Source of the DNA: a virus
IMG/VR virus record: IMGVR_UViG_3300002446_000060
Reading direction: 5' to 3' (one strand)
DNA: 64,000 bases
In this document: positions 9,882 through 20,350 of the stretch, piece by piece
Position numbering within the stretch: position 1 is the first letter of the stretch
How the letters are laid out: every line of letters begins with the position of its first letter
The notes under the pieces: generated by a model
What the model was told of the DNA's origin: nothing
Databases searched by the model: none
What the model saw: only the letters and a program-made list of their open reading frames with translations
Program-made: the position numbers and the translations under genes

Positions 9882-10391
9882 TTACTTTTTTGAGCCACTA
9901 AGAGCCATTTTTTCATTTAGAAAATTTTCCACTGACTGAGTAATGGCAGCTGAAACTTTATCTTGAATATACTCTACAACCATATCTCCAGCCAAATATT
10001 TTTGAAGAGTTGACACTTCTGGAGTTAATCTTGCAAGTGCTAATGAAGCAACTTCTTTTGCAATATTAGCAACTTCTTTCATATCGATCTTGCCATCGTT
10101 TTCGTATGCTTCTTCAGCTAATCTTTTAACGGTATTATGCTGAATTGTTAACAAGTCAAATAAAACGTTTTCAACTTTTACGATTGAATCATTTACACGT
10201 TTTGATACTTTTTCTGACAAGTGCTTTTCAGCTAATGATTTGAGATATTGCGCTATTGGTTTGAGCAAAACTAATGATATTGCAATCAAAGAAAGTATCA
10301 TTGCAATAACCAATGTTGCTACTAATGTAATGCCATAGCTCATGAAAAAAGGAAGAATAGTTGAAACCCAGAGAGTGTTTAAAAATTCCAT
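9882..10391 (-). CDS. Putative holin (N-terminal membrane segment, LL-H-like organisation)
   Basis: Hydrophobic ITLVATLVIAMILSLIAISLVLL followed by helical soluble domain; strong SD (AGGAG); upstream of the endolysin. Confidence 0.5.
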   Translation of the reverse strand: MEFLNTLWVSTILPFFMSYGITLVATLVIAMILSLIAISLVLLKPIAQYLKSLAEKHLSEKVSKRVNDSIVKVENVLFDLLTIQHNTVKRLAEEAYENDGKIDMKEVANIAKEVASLALARLTPEVSTLQKYLAGDMVVEYIQDKVSAAITQSVENFLNEKMALSGSKK

Positions 10392-10414
10392 ATATAAACT
10401 CCTATTTAAATAAA

Positions 10415-12136
10415 TTAAGAAATATTAAAGTTTGATCCGTTTAATCTGATAATTACCATGCCCGCTCCACCAGCTCCGCCAATACCGCCAGCTGCTGCAC
10501 TTGCTCCGCCACCGCCACCGCCACCGCCGGGGCAACCACCACCACCACCACTTGATGAAAGTAATCCAACTTGTGAAGATAGACCAGGAACTCCTCCAAA
10601 CGAACTATTTGATCCATTTGTAGAGTTAATACCTATTGTCGAATCAATAACAGTCCCACCATTTCCACCATTTCCACCATATTTTCCTGCGTTTCCACCA
10701 TTTCTAATAGTGATTGTACTACCGCCACCGCCAGCACCACCGCCAGCACCCCATGCACCATTTCCACCAGCGATATTCGCACCACCACCACCACCGCTTG
10801 CTCCAGAAGGATTTACCATTTCTGGATTATTTACGCGTGTTCCAGGTCCACCAGTGACATTATATTGACCACCATAACTTATTCCGCCAGCTCCAGCAGA
10901 TCCAGCGCCGTATTGACCACCGCCACCGCCACCACCAATAACACTGTTAACAACATTGAAATAAGAATTTCCGCCTGTTCCACCAACTTGATCTTCTACA
11001 TTTGTTAATCCACCAGTTCCGCCGCTACCAACAACGATCTCGTAAACTGTTTCTGGAACAACTGTATATGCATTATGAGCAGCAGCACCACCACCACCGC
11101 CACCATGTCCTTCATTAGCAACGCGACCGCCAGCACCACCGCCGCCGCCACCAACAACTAATAATTTAATTGATGTAATTCCCAGCGGGCATGTCCAAGA
11201 ATAAGTTCCTGGAATTACATATTCCCATTGCGCAAAAATTGTATTTTGTAAACCAGTTACATCATCTTGAACATCTCCAACATCAGTTTCAAGACCACCA
11301 ATCGCTAATTCATTTGCATCAACTCTTCCTTCAAGATCTGCAATTCTTTTCTCATCAATAACAGATGTTGGTATTGCTGTATTAGGAGTATGATTAGGAC
11401 TCATTCTAGCTGATGCAATAACTCGTGTTGTAAATTCAGCAAATGTTCCACCATTTATTGTGTGAAAAATAGATGTTCTTAATGTTGTTCCAGATGAAAC
11501 ATTATACATTTTAGCAATTGCGCTTAATGATGATTCGAATGTTATCTTGCTTTGTAATATATTCTTAACATCATCATAAATTATTATTTCGATATCTTTT
11601 TCAGCAGAAACTGAAATATTTTGATCATCTAGATAAAAATCATAATAAGTATACCCATCAATGTCTTCACGTTTTTGAACGATTAAATATACTTCATAAG
11701 GTGAATTTTCTAAGTTACCAGCGCCAATCATTTCACCTGACATCTTAGTCATTTTTAAGAAATTATAGCTATAATTTTCCCAAAAAATGTAAAATTCATA
11801 TGATCTGCACAAGCTTTTATATTCTGTTGATATTGAGATACCACCATAATGAATATCAAAAGCAAACATTGTATCTAAATGTTGTTCAGAATATGCTTCG
11901 CCGGTTAAATGATGTTTATAACTAAATAATTTAACAGCTGAATTTGCTGTTGTTAATGTAACTGATTGAGAACCAGGAGTTAATATTTTTTGTGATCTTT
12001 CATTTAAAAATGTTGTTCTATTTAATAATGCCTGGGCTTGGCTATTTGCAACTTGTCCAGGACCGCCTAAAACAACATCAGTCGTTTCTATTTGATATAC
12101 ATCATCCAATGATGAAACTGGAGTTAGGTTTGACAT
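10415..12136 (-). CDS. Tail fibre protein with glycine-rich C-terminal domain
   Basis: N-terminus VYQIETTDVVLGGPGQVANSQAQALLNRT is typical of P2/Mu-type fibre anchors; coiled-coil then PGTYSWTCP..LVVGGGGGG Gly-rich domain. Confidence 0.75.
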   Translation of the reverse strand: MSNLTPVSSLDDVYQIETTDVVLGGPGQVANSQAQALLNRTTFLNERSQKILTPGSQSVTLTTANSAVKLFSYKHHLTGEAYSEQHLDTMFAFDIHYGGISISTEYKSLCRSYEFYIFWENYSYNFLKMTKMSGEMIGAGNLENSPYEVYLIVQKREDIDGYTYYDFYLDDQNISVSAEKDIEIIIYDDVKNILQSKITFESSLSAIAKMYNVSSGTTLRTSIFHTINGGTFAEFTTRVIASARMSPNHTPNTAIPTSVIDEKRIADLEGRVDANELAIGGLETDVGDVQDDVTGLQNTIFAQWEYVIPGTYSWTCPLGITSIKLLVVGGGGGGAGGRVANEGHGGGGGGAAAHNAYTVVPETVYEIVVGSGGTGGLTNVEDQVGGTGGNSYFNVVNSVIGGGGGGGQYGAGSAGAGGISYGGQYNVTGGPGTRVNNPEMVNPSGASGGGGGANIAGGNGAWGAGGGAGGGGSTITIRNGGNAGKYGGNGGNGGTVIDSTIGINSTNGSNSSFGGVPGLSSQVGLLSSSGGGGGCPGGGGGGGGASAAAGGIGGAGGAGMVIIRLNGSNFNIS

Positions 12137-12149
12137 TTATAACACCTCT

Positions 12150-12638
12150 TTATGCAGCAATATTTCTAAATTGTATTTTCCACCAACCCGAAATAGTAAC
12201 ATCAACATCTTTTTCAATTGGATATGATTTAGACGGATTTCTAGATAACATTGAAAACATTACTCCGTCAGTATTAAACAAACCAAATTGCCAAACATCA
12301 TGGCCATTAAATTCACTATCGGCTAGTGTAAAATTAAAAATGATATCATCAGGAGCACCAGATCCATCATATGTCACCGAATCAATAGATTTCAAATAAG
12401 TTGTTCCATCAAGATTCGTTTTTGCAATTCCTACTGGTAAATTACCACTACCAAATTTTACTTTATTTACAGCTTTATTTGTATAAACACCAACGCCACC
12501 AAGCAATTGTGATAGTATTCTACAAGACGTGTTGACAATTAGATTATGTTCTTCAGTTGCTATAACTTCTCCATTTTTGATAATATCAAGATGAAGAATA
12601 CCACTTACATTATTTATGTTATAAACATCGGTTTGCAT
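12150..12638 (-). CDS. Tail collar / fibre attachment protein
   Basis: HNLIVN, KVKFGSGN and FNG..VWQFGLF..DGVMFS pattern of tail-collar fibre proteins; between the gp7-like gene and the fibre. Confidence 0.55.
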   Translation of the reverse strand: MQTDVYNINNVSGILHLDIIKNGEVIATEEHNLIVNTSCRILSQLLGGVGVYTNKAVNKVKFGSGNLPVGIAKTNLDGTTYLKSIDSVTYDGSGAPDDIIFNFTLADSEFNGHDVWQFGLFNTDGVMFSMLSRNPSKSYPIEKDVDVTISGWWKIQFRNIAA

Positions 12639-12669
12639 TGTTTACCTCCGGGTTATTAACTTTATTTAC

Positions 12670-13548
12670 TTATAATAATTTATCAAATGTGTCGTATGGA
12701 ACTCCAAGTTCAGATGCAACTATTGAATATAATTCAAATACTCCGCCATCTTTACCATCATAATTTCTTGTTCCATCAAACATTCTAGCACCATTATAAT
12801 AAAATACTTTTTCACTTAGATCAGCAATTTCAATTATATTTGGCGCTACTAAAAAATCAAATTCATATGTTTCAATTGCATCAGCAACATAAAACGGTTC
12901 TGTTGGTGAATATACTTCCCCGATGGCATATGTTTCAATCGCATCAGCAATATAAAAACTATCTGTTCCATCTACTGGAAATAAAAACTCTGGATAAAAT
13001 CCAACTGGATTCAATTGATCGATCATGGATACAATTAAATTACGTCTAAAGTCGCCTTGAATCGTATAGGTATAAGCATTTTTATATGGGAGATAATTTC
13101 CAGGAATATAATAAGGTGGATCATAACTCATCCAATAATCAGAATTTTCAATTACAGTATAATCAATTGTTTCTACATAATTCTCATCGCTATAAACAAA
13201 GAATCGTGTTAAATATTTTAATGCAATATCAAATGATAATTTTTTACCTTTATTATTATAAAGCAACTTACTAATGGAAAGAAATAATCTCTTATTTTCA
13301 TTAGTAAGCTGATATTGTGTCGTATCCAATAAATTTTTACAATATTGCTCAAAATAATCATCAATAAAAGTATCAGTTATTTTATCCGGATCAAGATTAT
13401 CAGTGATATTCATTATATCCTGAGCGCATTCTTGATCAACAAAATCTATAAATCCATATAAGAATTTTATATATTGCGGATAACGTGTATAGTAATATTC
13501 TGGAATTTTTGAATCAATAATCTGTCTAAGACGTTTAGTAAGAATCAT
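12670..13548 (-). CDS. Baseplate wedge protein (short gp7-like / P2 gpI-like)
   Basis: IPEYY..YPQYIKFL, YNNKGKKLSF, NPVGF and C-terminal YNG..FDG..YDG; follows gp6. Confidence 0.6.
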   Translation of the reverse strand: MILTKRLRQIIDSKIPEYYYTRYPQYIKFLYGFIDFVDQECAQDIMNITDNLDPDKITDTFIDDYFEQYCKNLLDTTQYQLTNENKRLFLSISKLLYNNKGKKLSFDIALKYLTRFFVYSDENYVETIDYTVIENSDYWMSYDPPYYIPGNYLPYKNAYTYTIQGDFRRNLIVSMIDQLNPVGFYPEFLFPVDGTDSFYIADAIETYAIGEVYSPTEPFYVADAIETYEFDFLVAPNIIEIADLSEKVFYYNGARMFDGTRNYDGKDGGVFELYSIVASELGVPYDTFDKLL

Positions 13549-15449
13549 TGAATATACTCCATATAAGCTCTATCATGGTCTAGAAAAGTTTCTTTGTTGA
13601 ATTCGATTGCAATATCATCTGCAAATTCAACTTCAAAGGACATAACATTGTATGTATTGAAATAAAATTTGTCTTGTATTTCTATATAGCCTGTGTCATA
13701 ATTGATTGTTCCACTGTATACACCATTTATAAGGATTGAACCAAGACCATTATCAGTTATTACAAATCCACCAAGATTTCCAGATATTGAATTTTGAACA
13801 ACTTCTCTATCTAATCGAATAACAACTGATGCAAATACTGTGTTTGTTGTTGTTGAAGTTGTTCCATTAGTAATTGTCATTCCTGAATGAAATATATCAG
13901 TTGTAGTTCTTTCTATGACAAGTTCATTTCTAAATGAATTTATAAGTGTAATTATTCCCGATACCGTATGTCCAGAATATAAACCACTAACAGTATCTCC
14001 AACTTCAAAACCAGTAACACTATTAACTTTTACAAAATTTAATGCTTTTGGAAACGATACAAAAGTTCTATAAGTTACAGAACAATAATTAACAAAGTCA
14101 AATGATTTTATGAACGTTATCAATTCCGAAATATTAAACGAAGAATTGAACTTAACTTTTGTTTCCATATAATCATGTATGGCTAATTCAAACGCAACTT
14201 TATCAATATCAAAGTCTCTAAGCATTTTAACAGTAATTGATGGATAAACTCTTAAAATGTTTGGTTTTTTATACTTACCAAAAACTTGAATAAATTTGAA
14301 TGGCTCAAAAAATGTTATAACAGAATTCTGTTCTTCAGATGTCATAAATTCATATGTTACACTTAAATCATTTTCATCAACTGTTCGTCTCAAACCAGAG
14401 AAAATGAAATATCCTTTATCCAATTTAGAACTCGTCGTTAATGTTTCTGTTGGATACTCATCTAATAAAGTTACAATATCTCTATGAGAAGAATAAATTG
14501 TCATATCAGCCATGTTATGATATAATGGCAATTCAGTTATTTTGTTTCTATAATCATCTTCAGTGACGCATCTACCAGCACCAGAGAAAAACAAAGGTGC
14601 ATTAGAAGCGATAGATTGCATTTCTTCCTCATCTAAGCCATCTTTAAGCACATCCGTTGTTAGCGTTGATAAATAACCTGAATCCAAGAATGCTGTTTCA
14701 AAGAGAATGGCTTTCTCATATGTTAAACCATTATATAATGCTCCATTTGTTTTAATATATTTAACTTGAATGGAATCACCAGCCGCTGGAACATTAAAAA
14801 AACCATCGTACTTATCAAAACGAATTTCGAAATTGTCAAGATAACGAATAAAGTAATTATTTGCTAAGTAATAATTCTGCTGTTCATAAACTGATTTCCA
14901 CTGAACACTATTAACAAACAAAGCAAAATTTTCTTGATCAACAGTTTCTTTGTCAGCTAAATAAAATGATTCAAAATCTTCGCCTAGAAATGTATGTTCG
15001 TACGTTATTAGCTGTCCTTCATATGCTTCTATATCCATTGATGATGATGCTGGAATTGTAAAATCTTCTATTGTTATAAGTCGAATCGATTCCATTATAA
15101 ATGAAGTGTATGCTGGTATAAGAACATCAGATGTTTTTGTATTAGTAACAACTAATGTTATTTTTGGGGCCGATTTTCTTCTCGGAAGATAATTTAATTG
15201 ATATGCTGATTTATATATGTTTTCTTCCAATTGAGCAGTCTGAATAAACAGCTCATTACCAACAAAATTCAAAATAGAATTTAAATACATGATAATATAA
15301 GCACAAAAATTTATCCACGAAGAAATAGCCGATCCTTCAAAGTTATAATCTTTTAGCGTTGTCTGTTGTGATAAAAATGTTTTCAAACGTGATTTTACTG
15401 ATTCATAATCAACATCATAAAATTCTTTATAAGCCATAGTGTCCCTCAA
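13545..15449 (-). CDS. gp6: Baseplate wedge subunit (T4 gp6-like)
   Basis: DVDYESVKSRLKTFL, DYNFEGSAIS, ELFIQTAQLEENI and RCVTEDDY motifs. Confidence 0.92.
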   Translation of the reverse strand: MRDTMAYKEFYDVDYESVKSRLKTFLSQQTTLKDYNFEGSAISSWINFCAYIIMYLNSILNFVGNELFIQTAQLEENIYKSAYQLNYLPRRKSAPKITLVVTNTKTSDVLIPAYTSFIMESIRLITIEDFTIPASSSMDIEAYEGQLITYEHTFLGEDFESFYLADKETVDQENFALFVNSVQWKSVYEQQNYYLANNYFIRYLDNFEIRFDKYDGFFNVPAAGDSIQVKYIKTNGALYNGLTYEKAILFETAFLDSGYLSTLTTDVLKDGLDEEEMQSIASNAPLFFSGAGRCVTEDDYRNKITELPLYHNMADMTIYSSHRDIVTLLDEYPTETLTTSSKLDKGYFIFSGLRRTVDENDLSVTYEFMTSEEQNSVITFFEPFKFIQVFGKYKKPNILRVYPSITVKMLRDFDIDKVAFELAIHDYMETKVKFNSSFNISELITFIKSFDFVNYCSVTYRTFVSFPKALNFVKVNSVTGFEVGDTVSGLYSGHTVSGIITLINSFRNELVIERTTTDIFHSGMTITNGTTSTTTNTVFASVVIRLDREVVQNSISGNLGGFVITDNGLGSILINGVYSGTINYDTGYIEIQDKFYFNTYNVMSFEVEFADDIAIEFNKETFLDHDRAYMEYIQ

Positions 15450-15823
15450 CTAACTCTATTTAACGTAAGATTTAAAACATTAGATTCTGATAAACGAATA
15501 AGATCGAAATAAATAAACACCTCGTAATATTGTTCATCTAAATGTTTTTCTATTTCAATGTTGGTTAATCGTATTCTAGGTTCCCAGTTTTCTAGCGCTA
15601 CTTTGATCTCATCTTTAAGCATGATTGCTGTTATATCGCTAATCTTTTCCATCAGTAGTGTATAGATTTTTGAGCCATATAAAGGCATGTTTTCACGTTC
15701 GCCAAGTTTTGTCAATAAAATGTCAACCATTGACTGCTTAACAGCTTCAGCATCTTCTCTATAATTAATTCCGCTAAACTCATTTCTAGCCATGAAATAA
15801 TCCAAATCTAAATAATCAGACAT
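15446..15823 (-). CDS. gp25: Baseplate wedge subunit (T4 gp25-like)
   Basis: AVKQSMVDILLTKLGER...YGS and ALENWEPRI motifs. Confidence 0.92.
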   Translation of the reverse strand: MSDYLDLDYFMARNEFSGINYREDAEAVKQSMVDILLTKLGERENMPLYGSKIYTLLMEKISDITAIMLKDEIKVALENWEPRIRLTNIEIEKHLDEQYYEVFIYFDLIRLSESNVLNLTLNRVS

Positions 15824-16105
15824 TTATATGCTCCTAACATTGCTAGATCCAGTTATAACTGAACCGCTAAATGTTCCAACAAATGGAGAACCTATCATTC
15901 CAATTGGAAGAGAATTGACTCTATTTTTTGTCGTTCCAATTAAAAATCCAATATGACCGCATGAACCTTGAACAATACAATGTAAGTTAGATGTTGGCAA
16001 ACCATTTGTGAATACATTGTTTGAGCCAGTAATTATTCGTCCACTCATCCAAGATTCGCAAGCTGCGCAGTAACCCTGACATATATCATTAACTTTTGAT
16101 ATCAT
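15824..16105 (-). CDS. PAAR-like spike tip protein (gp5.4-like)
   Basis: ITGSNNVFTNGLP, GSCGH and ITGSSNV repeats; directly after gp5. Confidence 0.75.
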   Translation of the reverse strand: MISKVNDICQGYCAACESWMSGRIITGSNNVFTNGLPTSNLHCIVQGSCGHIGFLIGTTKNRVNSLPIGMIGSPFVGTFSGSVITGSSNVRSI

Positions 16106-16116
16106 ATTTTATTTAC

Positions 16117-17181
16117 TCAATTCAGATTTATTAATGAGCCTGTTATCGTAACAATACCGGTTGATGTAACCGAGCATGTTGCGCAGTTAATATCAAGAGC
16201 TGTTGTAGCATCCACGTTTATTGCACTTGTTGCAGATATAGTTAATATACCTGTTGCAGTAATGTTTGTATTCCCGCCAGCTATGTTTAATTCATTTGCA
16301 GAGCCAATATTTACTTCATTGGATGACATAATATTGATTGAATCGTTACCATCAATAAAGATTTCTTTTTCAGCTGTAATTGAAGCCTCATCTTTTAACT
16401 CTATTGTAGCAATTCCATTACATATCAAATCAGTTGTTCCATTTATTTCAACTAATGAATTTCCATCAACTTTTAACAATAAATCACCTTTAACATATGC
16501 ATACTTATCTTGCAAAACGATATCAAAATCATTTCCTTGAATTTTTGATACTTTTGAACCATCTGGATAAACTTCAGTGTATGAGTTTGATGGATGATAA
16601 ATATGTATGCGTTCAGAATTCGGTGTTGAATCCAATTCAATAATTATTCCCGATTGAGTTTCAATAACTCTATTATATGGATATGTTGTGTTATAACCAG
16701 ATTCTGGCTCATCGACATCAATACCACCAACCTGAAAAGTGGTTAGATTATCATTTTTTGTTTTAACACATGTATCGTCCGTTTTTTCATTTCTTGCTAA
16801 TCTTGAAATTGAACTTTCATCTTTATAATCATCAGTTGGATATTCTCCGTTTGGATCAGTAAAACCATTTTCATAAACGGGTGTTTGATCAACTATAAAC
16901 GGCATTACACCAAAATAAACTGGTTTTTGTTTAAATCGATCCAAAAAGAAGACAAAGACTTTTGTTCCATTTACGATTCCACCAAAATCGGATATACCAT
17001 CAGTTGATGAATTTGTAATTGGATATGCTGGAATTGCCCATGGCAATTGTTCTGTTAATAATAATTGAGTCGGTGAATCTATTTGAGTTTTATTTTCCGT
17101 ATGAATTCCAAAGACTCTTATTCGAAGTCTTCCGAGTTTTAACGGATCATTATTATCTTCAACTATTCCAATATAAAACAT
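16117..17181 (-). CDS. gp5: Central spike protein (gp5-like; OB fold plus beta-helix, no lysozyme domain)
   Basis: FYIGIVEDNNDPLKLGRLRIRVFGIH, LPWA, YPYNRVIETQSG and ERIHIYHPS; only 354 aa. Confidence 0.9.
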   Translation of the reverse strand: MFYIGIVEDNNDPLKLGRLRIRVFGIHTENKTQIDSPTQLLLTEQLPWAIPAYPITNSSTDGISDFGGIVNGTKVFVFFLDRFKQKPVYFGVMPFIVDQTPVYENGFTDPNGEYPTDDYKDESSISRLARNEKTDDTCVKTKNDNLTTFQVGGIDVDEPESGYNTTYPYNRVIETQSGIIIELDSTPNSERIHIYHPSNSYTEVYPDGSKVSKIQGNDFDIVLQDKYAYVKGDLLLKVDGNSLVEINGTTDLICNGIATIELKDEASITAEKEIFIDGNDSINIMSSNEVNIGSANELNIAGGNTNITATGILTISATSAINVDATTALDINCATCSVTSTGIVTITGSLINLN

Positions 17182-17184
17182 ATA

Positions 17185-18339
17185 TCAACCAACTTTCGCA
17201 TTATTAAAAAATGCATTTTTAAATAAACGGATATTCTGTTTATAACTTCTATTCGCTTCAATAATATGTTTGATTTGCAAGATAAGCCAATCATTTTGAA
17301 AATTCTGATTAATTGGCTGATTATCAAAGCTAGGCAAATTGAATTTTACAACGTCACCAGCTTTTCTTTTCAACGAACCATTTATTTGTAATGTTAAATT
17401 ATAATTTTGTGCTGTCGACAATATAATGTTTCGTGTTAGTGATGATTCCAAATCATCATAATCAACATCAATATCATTATCAAAACTCGACAAAAATGCT
17501 TGAAATGGTTTATTAGATCCCATCATTTTAAAATCATTATCATAAACATCGTTTAATGTTTTCTTTTCCATTTCATAGCCATAATTTTCGATGCTTGGCT
17601 TATATACAGTTTTTCCAAAGCCACCAATATTTAACATTTTTAATATACTAAAATATTTGTCAAATTGATATTGCTGAACCGTATTTAAACCTACTTTGCT
17701 TTCGACATTTGTCATCATAAATAATTCATGAACTGGCGATTGAGAAACTAAATTATTCAAAGTTTCAAATCGATACTGATCGCTTGTTTCAAAAAATAAA
17801 CTATCTTTATTTTGATAGCTAATATAATCAATGATTTCATCAACATTCCAAAAATTGGCAACAAATTCCATTTGTTCTGATTCTATTGATTGCACTATTC
17901 TTTTTGAGTTTATACTTGAAAAAATTGTATTTAAAATTGAATAACTAGTGTCTTCAAACTTATAACTAAACCTTTTATTTAAAGCGTTTATATGATCAGC
18001 AGAAGCCAATTTAAATATTAATGATACATTCTTATTCAATTCATTTGATGATTGTGTTTGAGGCATAACTTCTTCAACATAAAAATCAAAGAATCGAGCC
18101 GAATTATATGCTGAATCAGCAAAAGCAATTTCAACATATTCTCCACCAATTACTGGAAAGTTCTTGAGCATATCAGAAGTATCTTTTATAGATAGCATTG
18201 CTGTTAAATAATGAGAAAAAATATCTTCATATATTTCAATTTTCATGAATACATTTGAAAGATCTAATGATTCACCATTCTTTGAAACAATATTAATACT
18301 ATATAAGTTACATAAATTTAATACATCATTTTCACTCAT
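17185..18339 (-). CDS. Baseplate hub protein (gp27-like)
   Basis: IEIYEDIFS...IKDT..FPVIGGEYVEI and AGDVVKFNLP..WLILQIKH pattern; upstream of gp5. Confidence 0.7.
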   Translation of the reverse strand: MSENDVLNLCNLYSINIVSKNGESLDLSNVFMKIEIYEDIFSHYLTAMLSIKDTSDMLKNFPVIGGEYVEIAFADSAYNSARFFDFYVEEVMPQTQSSNELNKNVSLIFKLASADHINALNKRFSYKFEDTSYSILNTIFSSINSKRIVQSIESEQMEFVANFWNVDEIIDYISYQNKDSLFFETSDQYRFETLNNLVSQSPVHELFMMTNVESKVGLNTVQQYQFDKYFSILKMLNIGGFGKTVYKPSIENYGYEMEKKTLNDVYDNDFKMMGSNKPFQAFLSSFDNDIDVDYDDLESSLTRNIILSTAQNYNLTLQINGSLKRKAGDVVKFNLPSFDNQPINQNFQNDWLILQIKHIIEANRSYKQNIRLFKNAFFNNAKVG

Positions 18340-18340
18340 A

Positions 18341-20338
18341 TTATTGCCTTTCGACTAAAATCCATTTAAAAGTTAATCCAGCAATACCTGTGTTATAAAC
18401 TCTTACTTCTGTTGTGGATATTGGCAAATAATAAATATCTCCAATATTTTCAACTTCTGGATCCAAACTAAATATTGGTGTTATTAAAAGATTCATCTGT
18501 GTTGTGTTTACTATTTCGCCATGAACTTGTAATGTGATTGTTGTATATGAATTTAACCCAGCAGTTTCTGCTATTCCGTGTTCAATTGCATCGTGAATAA
18601 TGACATATCTAAACGGAATTGAATCATCTCCAGAATTAAAGAATTTGATATTATTTTTATCTATCAATTGAATTGAAGTTGTACCAGCATTACCAAGATC
18701 ATCAGAGCTTGTAGCTAATTGCGTAGCGGCAAAACATATATCTGTCGAATCAATAATACTGGGATCATTTTCGACACTTATAGGCACTCCTTCAACTGGA
18801 TCGGTAAGTATATCACCATGCTCTTCATCAACATACACTCTATAGTTAAAAGAATCACCAGAAGCACCAGAATTAAAAACATTTATCTCTGTCAAACTAT
18901 CAACTGCAAAACCAACTTCACCAATATTACCAGCAGTTGGCCAAGTGCTAAATAATGGAGGAGAAATAACAGGACAAATTTTTGTTTCATCAGTTGTTAC
19001 ATATCCAACATATAAAGCAATTAGATTTCCAGTTCCAGGAAACAAATATGTAATGTTAGAAAATGTATTTTTAAAAATTGACCAATAGAATCTATTCCCA
19101 GATGCTCCAGTATTATAAATTCTTAAAGTATTTTTATCTATTGCTTCAAAACTAACCTTTCCAACTTCCGTAAAATCAACCAAGCGATCAATTATTGGTG
19201 TTATCATTACACCAATTTGTGCTTCATTCAAAATGTCATCATTATCATCTAATGCTATTTCTGTGTATAATCCTGTTCCAGCAAAATTGCTTATTCCAGA
19301 TTGAATTATTTCTTCTTGTTCTGAGAACTTTTTATCATCAGGAGATACTACCAAATAATCAAAAACAATATCACTAGCACCAGTGTTATAAACTCTTGGT
19401 TTGATCAGATTACTTCTAATACCAATATCGCCAAGAGTTCCTAGTTGATCAGCTGTTGGTCTATTTGATAAATATATGTGATAATCATAATCGTAGTTGT
19501 CAATTATTATTTCGCTAAAATCACCAACACCAGCTGTTAATCCACTATCAAAATCAACAATTAAACCATGTTCTGGATCATCTTTATCTTTATATTGTTT
19601 TAAATTATTTATAGTTGATTTGAATGTTTCAACGTTTCCATTTTCACTAACATCATTATTAAGAGCTAATAAAAATTTGGTGATGAAATAACCAACATCT
19701 TGTTCTTTAATCAAACGAATTATTCTCTTATCATCAGCTTCTCTTAAAAGCTTATCAAAATATTCAACAAATAATTCCATGTTCAATTCTTCAATGGGAT
19801 CAGTTTGTTTAAACACGGCATAGCCAATATTTATTGGTGTTGACAATGTATCTTCAACTACGATTCGAAATGAATTTACACCAATTTTTTGATAACCATA
19901 TTCAACATTGGTTAAATCACCGAGAGTTGTATTATTAGCTTGCAAAGAAAGAATAACAACATAATCATCAGCTTCTGTATTATTAAATACTATGTCCATT
20001 TCGAGCATCTCTGGAGTTAATTGAATAATTGATGCTTGTAAAATAGAATTTGCATAGTATTTTTCTGTAGCTAATTCTGTTGCAATAAATTCAATTTGCT
20101 CAGTTGGTAATGATATATCAAAGTTAATGTCACTTATGTTATTAAGTAATGCAATAATCCACCAATAATCAGGCGATCCATAAACTTTATTGGCTATGCT
20201 TGGCAATGTTTCATAATCTTGAATTCTGTAATTTCGCAATTGATCTTCACGAATTTCATTTATAACAACGCGTTTAAAAAGATTTCTAAATTGTGAATCA
20301 TTTATATTTATGACAGGCAAATTATTGAAATATTGCAT
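18341..20338 (-). CDS. Baseplate gp53-like (LysM) protein fused to about 5 tandem beta-rich repeats
   Basis: N-terminus YFNNLP..YRIQDYETLPSIANKVYGSPDYWWIIALLNNI is gp53-like; C-terminal repeats end in (Y/F)N(T/S)G...F.(Y/W). Confidence 0.7.
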   Translation of the reverse strand: MQYFNNLPVININDSQFRNLFKRVVINEIREDQLRNYRIQDYETLPSIANKVYGSPDYWWIIALLNNISDINFDISLPTEQIEFIATELATEKYYANSILQASIIQLTPEMLEMDIVFNNTEADDYVVILSLQANNTTLGDLTNVEYGYQKIGVNSFRIVVEDTLSTPINIGYAVFKQTDPIEELNMELFVEYFDKLLREADDKRIIRLIKEQDVGYFITKFLLALNNDVSENGNVETFKSTINNLKQYKDKDDPEHGLIVDFDSGLTAGVGDFSEIIIDNYDYDYHIYLSNRPTADQLGTLGDIGIRSNLIKPRVYNTGASDIVFDYLVVSPDDKKFSEQEEIIQSGISNFAGTGLYTEIALDDNDDILNEAQIGVMITPIIDRLVDFTEVGKVSFEAIDKNTLRIYNTGASGNRFYWSIFKNTFSNITYLFPGTGNLIALYVGYVTTDETKICPVISPPLFSTWPTAGNIGEVGFAVDSLTEINVFNSGASGDSFNYRVYVDEEHGDILTDPVEGVPISVENDPSIIDSTDICFAATQLATSSDDLGNAGTTSIQLIDKNNIKFFNSGDDSIPFRYVIIHDAIEHGIAETAGLNSYTTITLQVHGEIVNTTQMNLLITPIFSLDPEVENIGDIYYLPISTTEVRVYNTGIAGLTFKWILVERQ

Positions 20339-20350
20339 TGTATTTCCTCT

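Noticed and set aside
10458-10868. Proline-rich plus-strand ORF
   Set aside because: Antisense shadow of the glycine (GGN) codons in the tail fibre C-terminus.
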